A stretch of 64,000 bases of DNA from an uncultured Pseudomonadota bacterium (GTDB lineage Bacteria; Pseudomonadota; Gammaproteobacteria; Steroidobacterales; Steroidobacteraceae): NCBI GenBank assembly GCA_903908265.1, contig CAIVRI010000038.1, forward strand, positions 28,053 to 92,052, written 5' to 3'. Below the pieces are notes generated by a model. The model did no database searches. It had not been told where the DNA came from and saw only the letters and a program-made list of their open reading frames with translations. Below are positions 1 through 8,834 of the stretch, piece by piece; positions within the stretch are counted from its first letter, which is position 1, and the number at the start of each line of letters is the position of its first letter. The translations under genes and the position numbers were made by a program.

Positions 1-837
1 AATGCGGCCATCCTGCGACCCGGTTCGGAGAGCGTCGAGTCGAGTGCAGCAATTCATGCCTGTCTCGAAGTCGGCCTCGTGGCGGCGCGCTTGCCGGTGG
101 GCTGTATCCAGCGGATCCCAACGACCGACCGCGAGGCGGTCCGGCATTTACTCGCGGAAATGACTGACTATATCGACGTCATTGTGCCGCGCGGCGGTAA
201 GGGTCTTATCGAGCGCGTGCAGCGTGAGGCGCGTGTGCCGGTGATCGGTCACTTAGATGGCAACTGTCACGTTTACGTGGACCGCGATGCCGAGCTCATG
301 ATGGCGCGGGATATTGTCTTGAACGCGAAACTAAGGCGCACCGGTATCTGTGGATCTGCGGAAACGTTGCTCGTGGATCGTGCGGCTTTAGTGACGCACT
401 TGCCAACAATTTTACAGGCGTTGCTTGCGGCGGGCTGTGAGGTGCGCGGGGATGTTGAGTGCCAGGCTCTGGACGCCCGTGTGATTCCAGCCACTGAAGA
501 TGACTGGTATACGGAGTACTTGGACGCAATTATTGCCGTAAAAGTTGTCGACGGTGTTGATGATGCGGCCGCACATATTGCCAAGTACGGATCAGCACAT
601 ACCGAATCGATCGTCACAGCGAACGATGCTACGGCCGAGCGGTTCCTGGCCAGAGTCGATAGCGCTATTGTGTTGCATAACGCCTCCACGCAATTTGCGG
701 ATGGCGGAGAATTTGGCATGGGCGCTGAGATCGGAATTTCAACCGATCGGTTCCATGCCCGCGGGCCTGTCGGCGTCGAACAGTTAACGTCTTATAAATA
801 CGTTGTTCGAGGCAGTGGCCAACTGCGTCCTGGCTGA
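1..837 (+). CDS. proA: Gamma-glutamyl phosphate reductase, 3' portion (5' end lies outside the window)
   Basis: Frame 1 is open from base 1 ([11 protein letters not shown]...) to the stop at 835-837. The translation has ProA-typical blocks [36 protein letters not shown] and [13 protein letters not shown]. Confidence 0.93.
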   Translation, partial: NAAILRPGSESVESSAAIHACLEVGLVAARLPVGCIQRIPTTDREAVRHLLAEMTDYIDVIVPRGGKGLIERVQREARVPVIGHLDGNCHVYVDRDAELMMARDIVLNAKLRRTGICGSAETLLVDRAALVTHLPTILQALLAAGCEVRGDVECQALDARVIPATEDDWYTEYLDAIIAVKVVDGVDDAAAHIAKYGSAHTESIVTANDATAERFLARVDSAIVLHNASTQFADGGEFGMGAEIGISTDRFHARGPVGVEQLTSYKYVVRGSGQLRPG

Positions 838-841
838 TCCT

Positions 842-2398
842 TTAGGGGTCCAGTCTATAGCCACCTGCGAGGGAGGCTGCGACGCGGCCGTTCTGGCGTA
901 GTGCTTTGGCGGCGGTGAGTGCCCGTAGGCCCCGTGCACACACACACAGATAGCGCCCGCCTTCGGGTAACTGCGCAGGGTCATCCAGCAATCGACCCAG
1001 TGGCAGGTGCAGACTGGCACCGGGTAGGGGTGCTGCGGCAACTTCTGCGCTTTCGCGCACATCCACGACCGTCCAGCCTGCGACTGGTAAGCGCAAATCA
1101 AGCTCAATCGTCTCGGGCTCCGGGCTGGGCGCGCAAGGGACGCAGTGAGCGGGGCAATCCGCGGCGCGTCGCGCGGCTATCCGTCGGCATTCTAGCGTGC
1201 GCAAGTCCACGATGATGACGGCGCCGCGCGCTGGGGAATCGATACCGAGGATGACCTTGAGCACCTCGAGTGCCTGCAGACTACCGAGCACGCCTGGCAC
1301 CGGGCCGAGCACGCCGGCTTCGGCGCAATTGCCGACGGCGCCGTCGCGGGCGCCTTCTGGCCAAAGACAACGCAGGCAGGCGCTGTGCGTATCAATGACC
1401 TGCACTTGACCTTCGTATTGATAAACGCTCGCCAATACCGCTGGTTTGGCCAGCGTGACTGCGACGTCGTTGATTACAAAATGGGCCGAGAAGTTGTCCG
1501 TGCAATCGACGATGACGTCGTAGCCGGCCGCAATACCCGCCAAATTGGCAAGGGCAGCATGTTCCACATAGGGGCGAACGTCGACTTCCGGGTTCAACGC
1601 CCGCAGCCGATCTGCGGCTAGTAATGCCTTCGGTCGACCGACGTCTGTGATTGCGTACAGCGTCTGCCGGTGCAGGTTCGAAGCGTCCAAAGAGTCGCCA
1701 TCCATGACGCCGAGCGTACCGACGCCTGCGCCGGCCAGATACGACAGCACAGGCACGCCAAGTCCGCCCGCACCGATCACCAGTACGCGGGCGCCGCGGA
1801 TCCGTGACTGTCCGAGCGGACCGACCTCGGCAAGGATTTGTTGTCTGGAATAGTCGGGTGCCACCAGGCCTTGCGGGTGGCGCGCTAGCGCACTGACCGC
1901 AGGATCCTGTGAGTGATCCGCATGATGGTGTCCATGCGCTGCGTGGGAGTCGCTGTCCAAGGCCGCCGATGCACAGCGTTCACAGTTTACCCAGCCGGAA
2001 TCGCCATCGACGTAGTATTCTTTTTTCCAGATCGGAACGCGGTGTTTGACTTCATCAATGATGTAACGACACGCCGCGAAGGCCTCGCCACGGTGTGGAG
2101 TGCTGACGCCTACCCAAACCGCCACCTGACCGAGTTCGAGTAGCCCGATGCGGTGCACACAGCGCGCTTGCGTGACGCCGAAACGATAAGCGGCCTCCTC
2201 GATGATGCGCTGTCCCTCTTTGACGGCGAGCGCCTCGAACGCTTCGTACTCGAGTCGCGCGACTTGACGGCCATCGTTATGGTCGCGTACCCAGCCCTCA
2301 AAACTGACGTAGCCGCCGCAGCTGCGATCTTCGACACTACCGCGTAGTTGCTCGAGATCGAGGGGTTGGTCTGAAAACGTAAAGGAGTGCACGGTCAT
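842..2398 (-). CDS. Three-domain fusion: MoaE (MPT synthase catalytic subunit), MoeB/ThiF-type adenylyltransferase and a C-terminal rhodanese domain
   Basis: 518-aa ORF. Residues 1-140 look like MoaE (VPIWKKEYY). Residues 141-180 form a His-rich linker (HAAHGHHHADH). Residues 181-420 look like ThiF/MoeB (VLVIGAGGLGVP Rossmann motif, NLHRQ, CLRC...NCAEAGVLGP). Residues 435-518 are rhodanese-like (VVDVRE..., YLCVCARGLRA). Its ATG overlaps the moaD stop (ATGA at 2395-2398). Confidence 0.85.
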   Translation of the reverse strand: MTVHSFTFSDQPLDLEQLRGSVEDRSCGGYVSFEGWVRDHNDGRQVARLEYEAFEALAVKEGQRIIEEAAYRFGVTQARCVHRIGLLELGQVAVWVGVSTPHRGEAFAACRYIIDEVKHRVPIWKKEYYVDGDSGWVNCERCASAALDSDSHAAHGHHHADHSQDPAVSALARHPQGLVAPDYSRQQILAEVGPLGQSRIRGARVLVIGAGGLGVPVLSYLAGAGVGTLGVMDGDSLDASNLHRQTLYAITDVGRPKALLAADRLRALNPEVDVRPYVEHAALANLAGIAAGYDVIVDCTDNFSAHFVINDVAVTLAKPAVLASVYQYEGQVQVIDTHSACLRCLWPEGARDGAVGNCAEAGVLGPVPGVLGSLQALEVLKVILGIDSPARGAVIIVDLRTLECRRIAARRAADCPAHCVPCAPSPEPETIELDLRLPVAGWTVVDVRESAEVAAAPLPGASLHLPLGRLLDDPAQLPEGGRYLCVCARGLRALTAAKALRQNGRVAASLAGGYRLDP

Positions 2399-2637
2399 CC
2401 GCCAGCCACGGGAGGAATGAACACCACCTCAGCGCCATCGACGAGCGCTGTGGACCAGTCTGCGAATTCGCCATCGATCGCCACGCGCAGTTGTGATCGG
2501 GCCAGCGTAAAACCGTGCCGCTCACGCAACTCGTCGTACAAACCTGCAGCATCGGTGGACTTCGATTGAACGGTTTCGCGGCTCATGCCCGCCTGTTCGC
2601 GTAGCAGCGCGTAGTACTGGATGCGGACGGAGGTCAT
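2395..2637 (-). CDS. moaD: Molybdopterin synthase sulfur-carrier subunit MoaD
   Basis: 80-aa ThiS/MoaD-sized ORF ending in the diagnostic C-terminal Gly-Gly (...FIPPVAGG). It sits between mobA and the moaE fusion, with ATGA overlaps at both ends. Confidence 0.88.
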   Translation of the reverse strand: MTSVRIQYYALLREQAGMSRETVQSKSTDAAGLYDELRERHGFTLARSQLRVAIDGEFADWSTALVDGAEVVFIPPVAGG

Positions 2638-3239
2638 GCAAAGGCTCCGCGCCGGGCTGACGCGACGGTCGACGCGTACTCCTCGGGCGTGTTGACGTTG
2701 GCGAGGGCATCCGGGGCTGCGAGATCAATCAGCCGCACTGGATGGGAAATAAGGAATTTTCTGGGGCAGTTGCGACCGCCGCGTAGGAATGTGTCGAGCA
2801 GGTTGCTACTCGCTGGCTCCCAAATTGCACAGAGCGGTTCGGGCAAACCGTCATGGTGGCTCCGGTAGGCCGTCGCGAGCGTTGTGGGGTCGCGTGCGGC
2901 AATGAGAGCGGTCAACGTATTCGCATCGAGCAACGGCAGGTCGACCGCAACCACGAGCCATGCATGGTCCGTGCGCGCGCGAAGTGCCGCCAGAATACCG
3001 GCGGCGGGGCCAATATCTTGCAGTTGATCCACGATCTGGGCATAGCCTGCGCGCGTGGGGTCATTCTGCTGGTCCGCGCGGACGGAAATGAACACGTCTG
3101 CACAAACGCTCTGCAGTAAGTGAACGGCGCGAGCCAACTGAGTTTGGCCGTCGACGACGAGCGCGGCTTTGTCGCGCTGCATACGCTGGCTGTAACCGCC
3201 CGATAGGACAAGTCCGGACAGGGGTGCGGGACCTGCCAT
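2634..3239 (-). CDS. mobA: Molybdenum cofactor guanylyltransferase MobA
   Basis: N-terminal LSGLVLSGGYSQRM nucleotide-binding motif and VAVDLPLL block. I chose the ATG at 3239 ([11 protein letters not shown]...), which shares one base with the moaC stop. The upstream part of the 230-aa ORF is Arg-rich and overlaps moaC. Confidence 0.85.
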   Translation of the reverse strand: MAGPAPLSGLVLSGGYSQRMQRDKAALVVDGQTQLARAVHLLQSVCADVFISVRADQQNDPTRAGYAQIVDQLQDIGPAAGILAALRARTDHAWLVVAVDLPLLDANTLTALIAARDPTTLATAYRSHHDGLPEPLCAIWEPASSNLLDTFLRGGRNCPRKFLISHPVRLIDLAAPDALANVNTPEEYASTVASARRGAFA

Positions 3240-3715
3240 CACACCCCTCCGAAGTCGCTCTTGCCGCCTCGTTTTTCGACGAGACGTGTGCTCTCGATGA
3301 CGATCTCGTGAGAGAGCGCCTTGCACATATCATAGACCGTCAGCGCGGCAATGCTCGCACCGGTCAATGCTTCCATTTCCACACCGGTTTTATGATGGAC
3401 GCCGACTTCGCAGCGGATCACGATTTCGTTGCCGACGGCCTCGATCTGGAGGCTGCATTTTTCCAAGCCCAGTGGATGGCAGAACGGAATCAATTCATGT
3501 GTGCGTTTTGCAGCCATCGTTCCGGCAATAATTGCGGTGGCAAATACCGGACCTTTTTTGGTCGCATAGCCGGCGCCGGCAAGGTGCTGTGCGACGCTTT
3601 CGGGCAGGCGTACGCGGGCCTCCGCAACGGCGCTGCGTGCGGTGATGGTTTTGTCACCAACGTCGACCATGGTGGGTCGGCCGTCGCTATCGACGTGGGT
3701 CAGCGTTTTCATCAT
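3239..3715 (-). CDS. moaC: Cyclic pyranopterin monophosphate synthase MoaC
   Basis: 158 aa with MoaC-typical blocks [16 protein letters not shown] and [23 protein letters not shown]. Its start overlaps the moaA stop (ATGA). Confidence 0.93.
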   Translation of the reverse strand: MMKTLTHVDSDGRPTMVDVGDKTITARSAVAEARVRLPESVAQHLAGAGYATKKGPVFATAIIAGTMAAKRTHELIPFCHPLGLEKCSLQIEAVGNEIVIRCEVGVHHKTGVEMEALTGASIAALTVYDMCKALSHEIVIESTRLVEKRGGKSDFGGV

Positions 3716-4752
3716 CCCCCGATGTAGTACATCTCGATCTTGCGCTCCGGCGCGGTCGGATGGTCGGTACGCATCTCACTGTAACGATCATTGCGCGCAA
3801 GCCAGGTGCCGCGAATGCGCTCCAACATTTCCGCGTCCGATGCGCCGGCGCGCAAGGGGGCCCGCAAGTCGATGCCGTGGCTCGCAAACAGACAGGTATA
3901 GAGCACGCCTTCAGAGGACAAGCGAGCGCGTGTGCAGCCACCGCAGAAGGGCTGACTTACTGAGGCGATGAAACCCACTTCACCAGACCCATCAGCGTAG
4001 GCGTACCGTTCGGCCACCTCGCCGGGATAGGCCGGTGCGATTTGCCGGAGTTGCCACTTGGCATGGATCTGATCATGCAGCGTACGGGCGCTGACAACGC
4101 GCTCGCGGTCCCAATGATTGCGGTTGCCGACGTCCATGTACTCGATCATCCGGACGATCACTGGGGTGCCTCGGAAGCGTTCGACCAGGTCGAGTACCGT
4201 ATGGTCATTGACGCCGCGTTGGACGACACAATTGACCTTGACAGGGCCGAGCCCGGCAGCAAGCGAGGCGTCTATGCCTGCGAGTACCTCATCGGGCGAG
4301 CCAAAGCCCCCCGACATGCGGTGGAACACGTCTGGGTCGAGTGAGTCGAGGCTGACCGTGACGCGGCCCAGACCTTGCGCCTTGAGGTCCGCCGCATGGC
4401 GCGGCAGCAGTACTCCGTTGGTGGTGAGAGCGACGTCCTCGATGCCCGGTAATGCGGCCAGATCGCCGATGAGCTCGGGTAACCCGGCCCGGAGCAGCGG
4501 TTCCCCGCCCGTGAGGCGCAGTTTGCGTACTCCGAGGCTGACAAATAGGCTGGTCAGACGTGTTATTTCATCAAATGAAAGGCGCTCGGCGGACGAGAGG
4601 AATCGGTAACCCTCGCCGAAGGTTTCCTTGGGCATGCAGTAGGCACAACGGAAGTTGCAGCGGTCCATGACCGAAATGCGCAGGTCATGCAGGGCCCGGC
4701 CACGCTGGTCTAGCGGCCGTGCCGGGTCCTTCAGGGATACGATTTCGCTCAT
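3712..4752 (-). CDS. moaA: GTP 3',8-cyclase MoaA (radical SAM)
   Basis: Radical-SAM motif [10 protein letters not shown] near the N-terminus, a C-terminal second-cluster cysteine region ([20 protein letters not shown]) and a ...IGG tail. I preferred the ATG at 4752 (MSEIVSL...), 2 nt after the moeA stop. The ORF track starts at TTG 4761. Confidence 0.93.
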   Translation of the reverse strand: MSEIVSLKDPARPLDQRGRALHDLRISVMDRCNFRCAYCMPKETFGEGYRFLSSAERLSFDEITRLTSLFVSLGVRKLRLTGGEPLLRAGLPELIGDLAALPGIEDVALTTNGVLLPRHAADLKAQGLGRVTVSLDSLDPDVFHRMSGGFGSPDEVLAGIDASLAAGLGPVKVNCVVQRGVNDHTVLDLVERFRGTPVIVRMIEYMDVGNRNHWDRERVVSARTLHDQIHAKWQLRQIAPAYPGEVAERYAYADGSGEVGFIASVSQPFCGGCTRARLSSEGVLYTCLFASHGIDLRAPLRAGASDAEMLERIRGTWLARNDRYSEMRTDHPTAPERKIEMYYIGG

Positions 4753-4754
4753 AT

Positions 4755-5942
4755 TCACCAAGTGTAGAACGGAACCGGCGACCCGGGGGGCAACGTTGTG
4801 CCCGGCGCCAGCTCAACGAAACCCTCGGTATCGACCAGAGAAATGAAGTCCCCTGAGCCTCGGGTCTGGTGCAGGCGGACCGTCGGGCTACCAGATGCGG
4901 TGCGCATGACCGGGACGAAGGTTGTCAGCGTGGCATGGCCTGTCCAGCCAGTCTCGAGGACGGCACCGGCTGTACGGGACCCTGCGGCGCCACCCAGTTG
5001 CTCAAGCGCCGGCAGAACGTAACGGACCAGGCACACGAGGGTGGACACCGGGTTGCCAGGCAGCGCGAAGACCGATTGTCCTTTGGGCCCGACGCCAAAC
5101 CATAGGGGCTTGCCGGGGCGCTGCGCTACTTTGTGGAACACCTGTCGAACCCCCAATTGCACCAGAACGCTCGGTACGTGGTCGAATCGGCCTGCGGACA
5201 CGCCGCCGGAGAGGATGAGCACATCCTGTGATTCGAGCAATTGACCGATTTGCTGGTGCAGCGTTTCGCGTTGATCGCCAATATGCGCATCACGCAGGTT
5301 GTGATGCCCGCGTGAACGCAGCAGCGCTGCGATGCCCTGTGCATTCGAGCGGCGGATCTGCCAAGGCTTCAACACGGCATCGGGGCCGACCAGCTCATCG
5401 CCGGTGGAGATGATCGCAATGCCGGGTGCGCGCGCGACTTCCACCGTGCGCCGGCCCACGGAGGCCGCAACGGCCAGCTCAGGTCCCCGCAGGCGAGTGC
5501 CGCGGGGCAGGGCTATTTCGCCCGCACGGCCGTCGGTAGCCTGATGGTGGACATTGGCGCCGGCGGTGAGGACTTCATTGCCGAGCAGGGCATGACCGTC
5601 GGCAAGGCGCAGCAGTTCCACCGGGATCACGCTGTTTGCGCCTGGCGGCAGCATGGCCCCGGTCATGACCTCCAAACAGTGGTCATCAGCGGTTAACGGC
5701 GGCGGTTCGCTGCCGGCACCGACAACGCCGTCCACGATGAAGCGCCGGATCCCAGCGACCCAACCCGCATGCCGGATCGCGATGCCATCCATCGCGACCC
5801 GGTCAAACGGCGGTAGGTCGCGCTCGGCAACTACCGTTTCGGCCAAGATGCGGCCGGTGGCCGCATCGAGCGCCAAGGTCTCAACGGGGAGCGGCACCAG
5901 CGCGGCGCCGATCGCCGTCGAGGCCTCAGCAGGCGTCAGCAT
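4755..5942 (-). CDS. moeA: Molybdopterin molybdenumtransferase MoeA
   Basis: MoeA blocks PPFDRVAMDGIAI, IISTGDELV, LILSGGVSAGRFDHV and LPGNPVS. I chose the ATG at 5942 (MLTPAEA...). The 67 upstream codons of the 462-aa ORF are Lys/Arg-rich and run antisense across the neighbouring lipoprotein gene. Confidence 0.9.
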   Translation of the reverse strand: MLTPAEASTAIGAALVPLPVETLALDAATGRILAETVVAERDLPPFDRVAMDGIAIRHAGWVAGIRRFIVDGVVGAGSEPPPLTADDHCLEVMTGAMLPPGANSVIPVELLRLADGHALLGNEVLTAGANVHHQATDGRAGEIALPRGTRLRGPELAVAASVGRRTVEVARAPGIAIISTGDELVGPDAVLKPWQIRRSNAQGIAALLRSRGHHNLRDAHIGDQRETLHQQIGQLLESQDVLILSGGVSAGRFDHVPSVLVQLGVRQVFHKVAQRPGKPLWFGVGPKGQSVFALPGNPVSTLVCLVRYVLPALEQLGGAAGSRTAGAVLETGWTGHATLTTFVPVMRTASGSPTVRLHQTRGSGDFISLVDTEGFVELAPGTTLPPGSPVPFYTW

Positions 5943-5949
5943 GGATGGG

Positions 5950-6339
5950 TCACTTGTCCTTCTTGGCCGCCTGCGCTTCCTTATAGGCGTGGACCTGCTC
6001 ATTGAACTCGGCGGCGAGGGCAGTTTCCTGCTCGACCGACTCGTTGTGCTTTTGCAGGCGCTCTTTTTCCTTTGCCTCTTGCGCCTTTTTCTGCTCAGGC
6101 GTGAGGGCTGTGCCGGTCGGGGCAGGGGGGGATTCCTCGTCAATGCACTTGCGGTAGGTCCCCATATCGGCCTGAAATTGTTTCACCGACTTCTGGGCTT
6201 CAACCATTTCCGATAGGGCCGCAGTAGCGCCGTTCGGGAACGACGAGGGGGGCTTCGGGGCTACGCAACCGGCGTAGACGGCCGGCGCAACGAAGCTAAG
6301 CAGCAGTAGGGGCGCAGCAACTCGATGGAAGCGGATCAT
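5950..6339 (-). CDS. Small hypothetical lipoprotein with a charged, coiled-coil-like C-terminus; first gene of the Moco operon
   Basis: From the ATG at 6339 the product is MIRFHRVAAPLLLLSFVAPAVYAGC..., a signal peptide with a lipobox-like YAGC. It continues with an E/K/Q/A-rich tail (EQKKAQEAKEKERLQKHNESVEQE...). The stop lies 7 nt upstream of the moeA ATG. I recognise no family. Confidence 0.6.
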   Translation of the reverse strand: MIRFHRVAAPLLLLSFVAPAVYAGCVAPKPPSSFPNGATAALSEMVEAQKSVKQFQADMGTYRKCIDEESPPAPTGTALTPEQKKAQEAKEKERLQKHNESVEQETALAAEFNEQVHAYKEAQAAKKDK

Positions 6340-6346
6340 GGATTCG

Positions 6347-6436
6347 GTCCTCAAAGGACGGCCGACATGGCCGTAGCACCCCCCCATCTTATAACCTCAC
6401 GGCCGCAGGGGAACCCCCCTTTATCTCGCCGTGAGG
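6347..6436 (-). promoter_or_regulatory. Structured 5' leader of the lipoprotein/Moco operon (nested stem-loops); function unknown
   Basis: In minus-strand sense, an 8-bp outer stem CCUCACGG/CCGUGAGG (6429-6436 with 6395-6402) encloses a 5-bp stem AGGGG/CCCCU (6407-6411 with 6416-6420). It is followed by GGCC-AUGUC-GGCC and by GUCC-UUUGA-GGAC (6347-6359), which contains the only SD-like GAGGA before the ATG at 6339. Confidence 0.3.
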
Positions 6437-6485
6437 CGGCGCGGCCGGTACCATCCCCTGCTGCCTACCTAGGCCGGAGATTTCT

Positions 6486-7337
6486 ATGGGCTTTTTACTG
6501 TCAACGGATTTCACGCCTGGGCTGCCGGTAGAGCTGGCGGTGGGCGTGCGGCGGCTAGTCGCCGCCAACGGCGGCATGATGACCGGGCCCGGCACGAACA
6601 CGTACTTGCTGGGTTGTGAGCGATTAGTGGTCCTCGATCCAGGCCCTGCCATCGCAGGCCAGGTCGAGGCCATCCTGCGGGCGGTTGGGGCCGCGACCGT
6701 CACGGCAATTGTCGTGACGCACACCCACATCGATCACTCCCCGGCGGCGCACGAGTTGGCCAAGCACCTTGCGGTGCCACTGGTCGGACGGTTAGCGCGC
6801 TACCCCGAGTTTCAAGACCCCCATTTCATCCCCACGCGCCATGCCGAGGATGGTGAGCACGTGGACACGGATATCGGCCCGTTGGTGGCCGTTGCAACCC
6901 CTGGACATGCCTCGAACCACCTGTGTTGGCATCTGCCACAGCAAGGCTATCTGTGTACCGGCGATCACATTCTCGGTACGGTTTCGCCAGTGATCGTGCA
7001 CCCCGATGGTGATCTGACTGCGTATCTCGATTCGCTGCGCCGGGTCGCGGCACTAGCGCCGCAGGTGCTGTTGCCCGGCCATGGGCCCGCCCTCCCAGAT
7101 CCGCAGCCCACTATCGATCGACTGATTGCGCACCGGCTACTGCGTGAGCAGCGCGTCCTCAACGCCTTGGCGAGTGGCGCCTGTTTGCAGGTCGATACGA
7201 TCCTGCCCAGGGTCTATGCTGACGTTCCGCCGGTGTTGCATGCGGTTGCGCGTCTCACATTGCTGGCACACCTTGTGAAACTGCAGCGTGACGGGCGTGT
7301 ACGGGCTTGCGCTGACGATGCGTGGGCGATCACGTGA
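6486..7337 (+). CDS. MBL-fold metallo-hydrolase
   Basis: 283 aa with the metallo-beta-lactamase motif VVTHTHIDHSPAA and downstream His/Asp positions (TPGHASNH, TGDHIL, LLPGHG). Confidence 0.85.
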   Translation: MGFLLSTDFTPGLPVELAVGVRRLVAANGGMMTGPGTNTYLLGCERLVVLDPGPAIAGQVEAILRAVGAATVTAIVVTHTHIDHSPAAHELAKHLAVPLVGRLARYPEFQDPHFIPTRHAEDGEHVDTDIGPLVAVATPGHASNHLCWHLPQQGYLCTGDHILGTVSPVIVHPDGDLTAYLDSLRRVAALAPQVLLPGHGPALPDPQPTIDRLIAHRLLREQRVLNALASGACLQVDTILPRVYADVPPVLHAVARLTLLAHLVKLQRDGRVRACADDAWAIT

Positions 7338-8827
7338 CCGGTATCGGTATTGTCTGTCATCGCGCGGGACTCGTGCTGGGCGACCGCCAAGTCTTAGGTC
7401 CGCTTGACTTGGTCGTGTCGCCGGGGTCGCGTCTGGTCTTGCTAGGGCCGAACGGCGCTGGCAAAACCCAATTGCTGAAGTTGTTGGGCGGCGAACGTTG
7501 GCCTACCCCAACCGAGCTTGGAGACGAACGGCGCGACTATATCGACCCCGCGGGGGAGTTGCTCGATCCGCCGGAAGTGTTGCCGCGCGTGGCCTTTATT
7601 GGCGGCGAGCGACAGGATAAATACCATCGCTATGACTGGAACTTCACTGTGCAACGTGTGGTGGCAACAGGCGTACATAACCTCGTGCGCCCTCTCTATC
7701 GCTTAAAACCGGCGGAACGCCTGCGGGTGCGCGGGCTGCTGCGTCGTTTTGCGCTCACGCGGCTGGCACGGCGGCAATTTTTAACCCTGTCCTACGGTGA
7801 GCGACGCCGTGTCTTGATTGCGCGAGCACTCGCGGGCCGTCCCGGTCTGGTCTTGCTCGACGAGGCGCATAACGGTCTGGATACGGCTACACGCCGGTTG
7901 TTTAACCAAGAACTGGTTCGCCTGGAGCGGCGTGGCGTGACCGTGGTATTGGCTGCGCATCGGCTCGATGACGTGCCGCCCATATTCACGCGAGCCGTGG
8001 TGCTGGAGGCCGGTCAGATTACCTATGACGGCCCTGTAGTGGAGGCTCCGCAACATTGGTTGGCCTTAGAAGAGCAGGCGGTAGCGACCCCAGTACCAAT
8101 CCACGATTCGGCACTGGAGCCTTTATTTGCGCTAGAGCAGGTGTATCTCTATCGAGATTATCGTCCGGTGATCGAGCGCCTCTCGTGGACCGTGCAGGCG
8201 GGCGAGCACTGGGCGATCGTTGGCGCCAATGGATTAGGAAAATCTAGTTTATTGCAGGCGGTTTATGGTCTGTTGCCATTTGCAGCGCGCGGCCGGGTGT
8301 CGCGTCGGGGATATGCGCCTGGCATGCACATCGAACAGTGGCGAAGCCGCGTCGGCTTTGTCTCGCCGGAACTGCAGACCGAATACCTGGATGATCTTTC
8401 GGTCGAGGAGTTCGTCGTGAGCGGTGAGCGCTTGAGCTTTGGACTGTTGCATCCGGCCACGAAAGCCGAGCGCCAACGGGCTCGTGATGCGCTGACTATG
8501 GTGGGCTTTGCTGGTGATGCCACAGCATCTGTGCGTATTCTGTCCTATGGTCAGCGGCGCCTCGCACTGTTTGCGCGGGCTTTGGTCTTGCAGCCTGAGG
8601 CGCTCTTACTGGATGAGCCGCTGACAGGACTGGATGCCCCTTATCGGTTCGCCGTTCGAGCCTTGTTATCGACGCTCGCGCAGTCGGGCGTGCAGTTGCT
8701 CATTGCGGCGCATCATTTGACGGATTTAGTGCCTGAGATTGGCCACATACTGCAGTTACGTAAGGGGGGGTGCCGCGTGCGCTTGCGCCCTGCTGTTGCC
8801 GGTATCAAGAGCACAGAGAGAACTTGA
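7322..8827 (+). CDS. modF: ModF-like ABC ATPase with two fused nucleotide-binding domains and no membrane domain
   Basis: Two Walker A motifs (GPNGAGKT, GANGLGKS), two ABC signatures (LSYGERRR, LSYGQRRL) and two Walker B motifs (LVLLDEA, LLLDEP). Length and block order resemble ModF. The start is uncertain: GTG 7322 or GTG 7334, the latter overlapping the upstream stop. Confidence 0.75.
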   Translation: MGDHVTGIGIVCHRAGLVLGDRQVLGPLDLVVSPGSRLVLLGPNGAGKTQLLKLLGGERWPTPTELGDERRDYIDPAGELLDPPEVLPRVAFIGGERQDKYHRYDWNFTVQRVVATGVHNLVRPLYRLKPAERLRVRGLLRRFALTRLARRQFLTLSYGERRRVLIARALAGRPGLVLLDEAHNGLDTATRRLFNQELVRLERRGVTVVLAAHRLDDVPPIFTRAVVLEAGQITYDGPVVEAPQHWLALEEQAVATPVPIHDSALEPLFALEQVYLYRDYRPVIERLSWTVQAGEHWAIVGANGLGKSSLLQAVYGLLPFAARGRVSRRGYAPGMHIEQWRSRVGFVSPELQTEYLDDLSVEEFVVSGERLSFGLLHPATKAERQRARDALTMVGFAGDATASVRILSYGQRRLALFARALVLQPEALLLDEPLTGLDAPYRFAVRALLSTLAQSGVQLLIAAHHLTDLVPEIGHILQLRKGGCRVRLRPAVAGIKSTERT

Positions 8828-8834
8828 GGTAATC

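Noticed and set aside
5943-6143. N-terminal 67-codon extension of the moeA ORF (MTRNPPLPRPAQPSRLSRKRRKRQRKK...)
   Set aside because: The extension is Lys/Arg/Ser-rich and is the antisense reading of the lipoprotein gene's charged tail. MoeA homology starts at MLTPAEA (ATG 5942).
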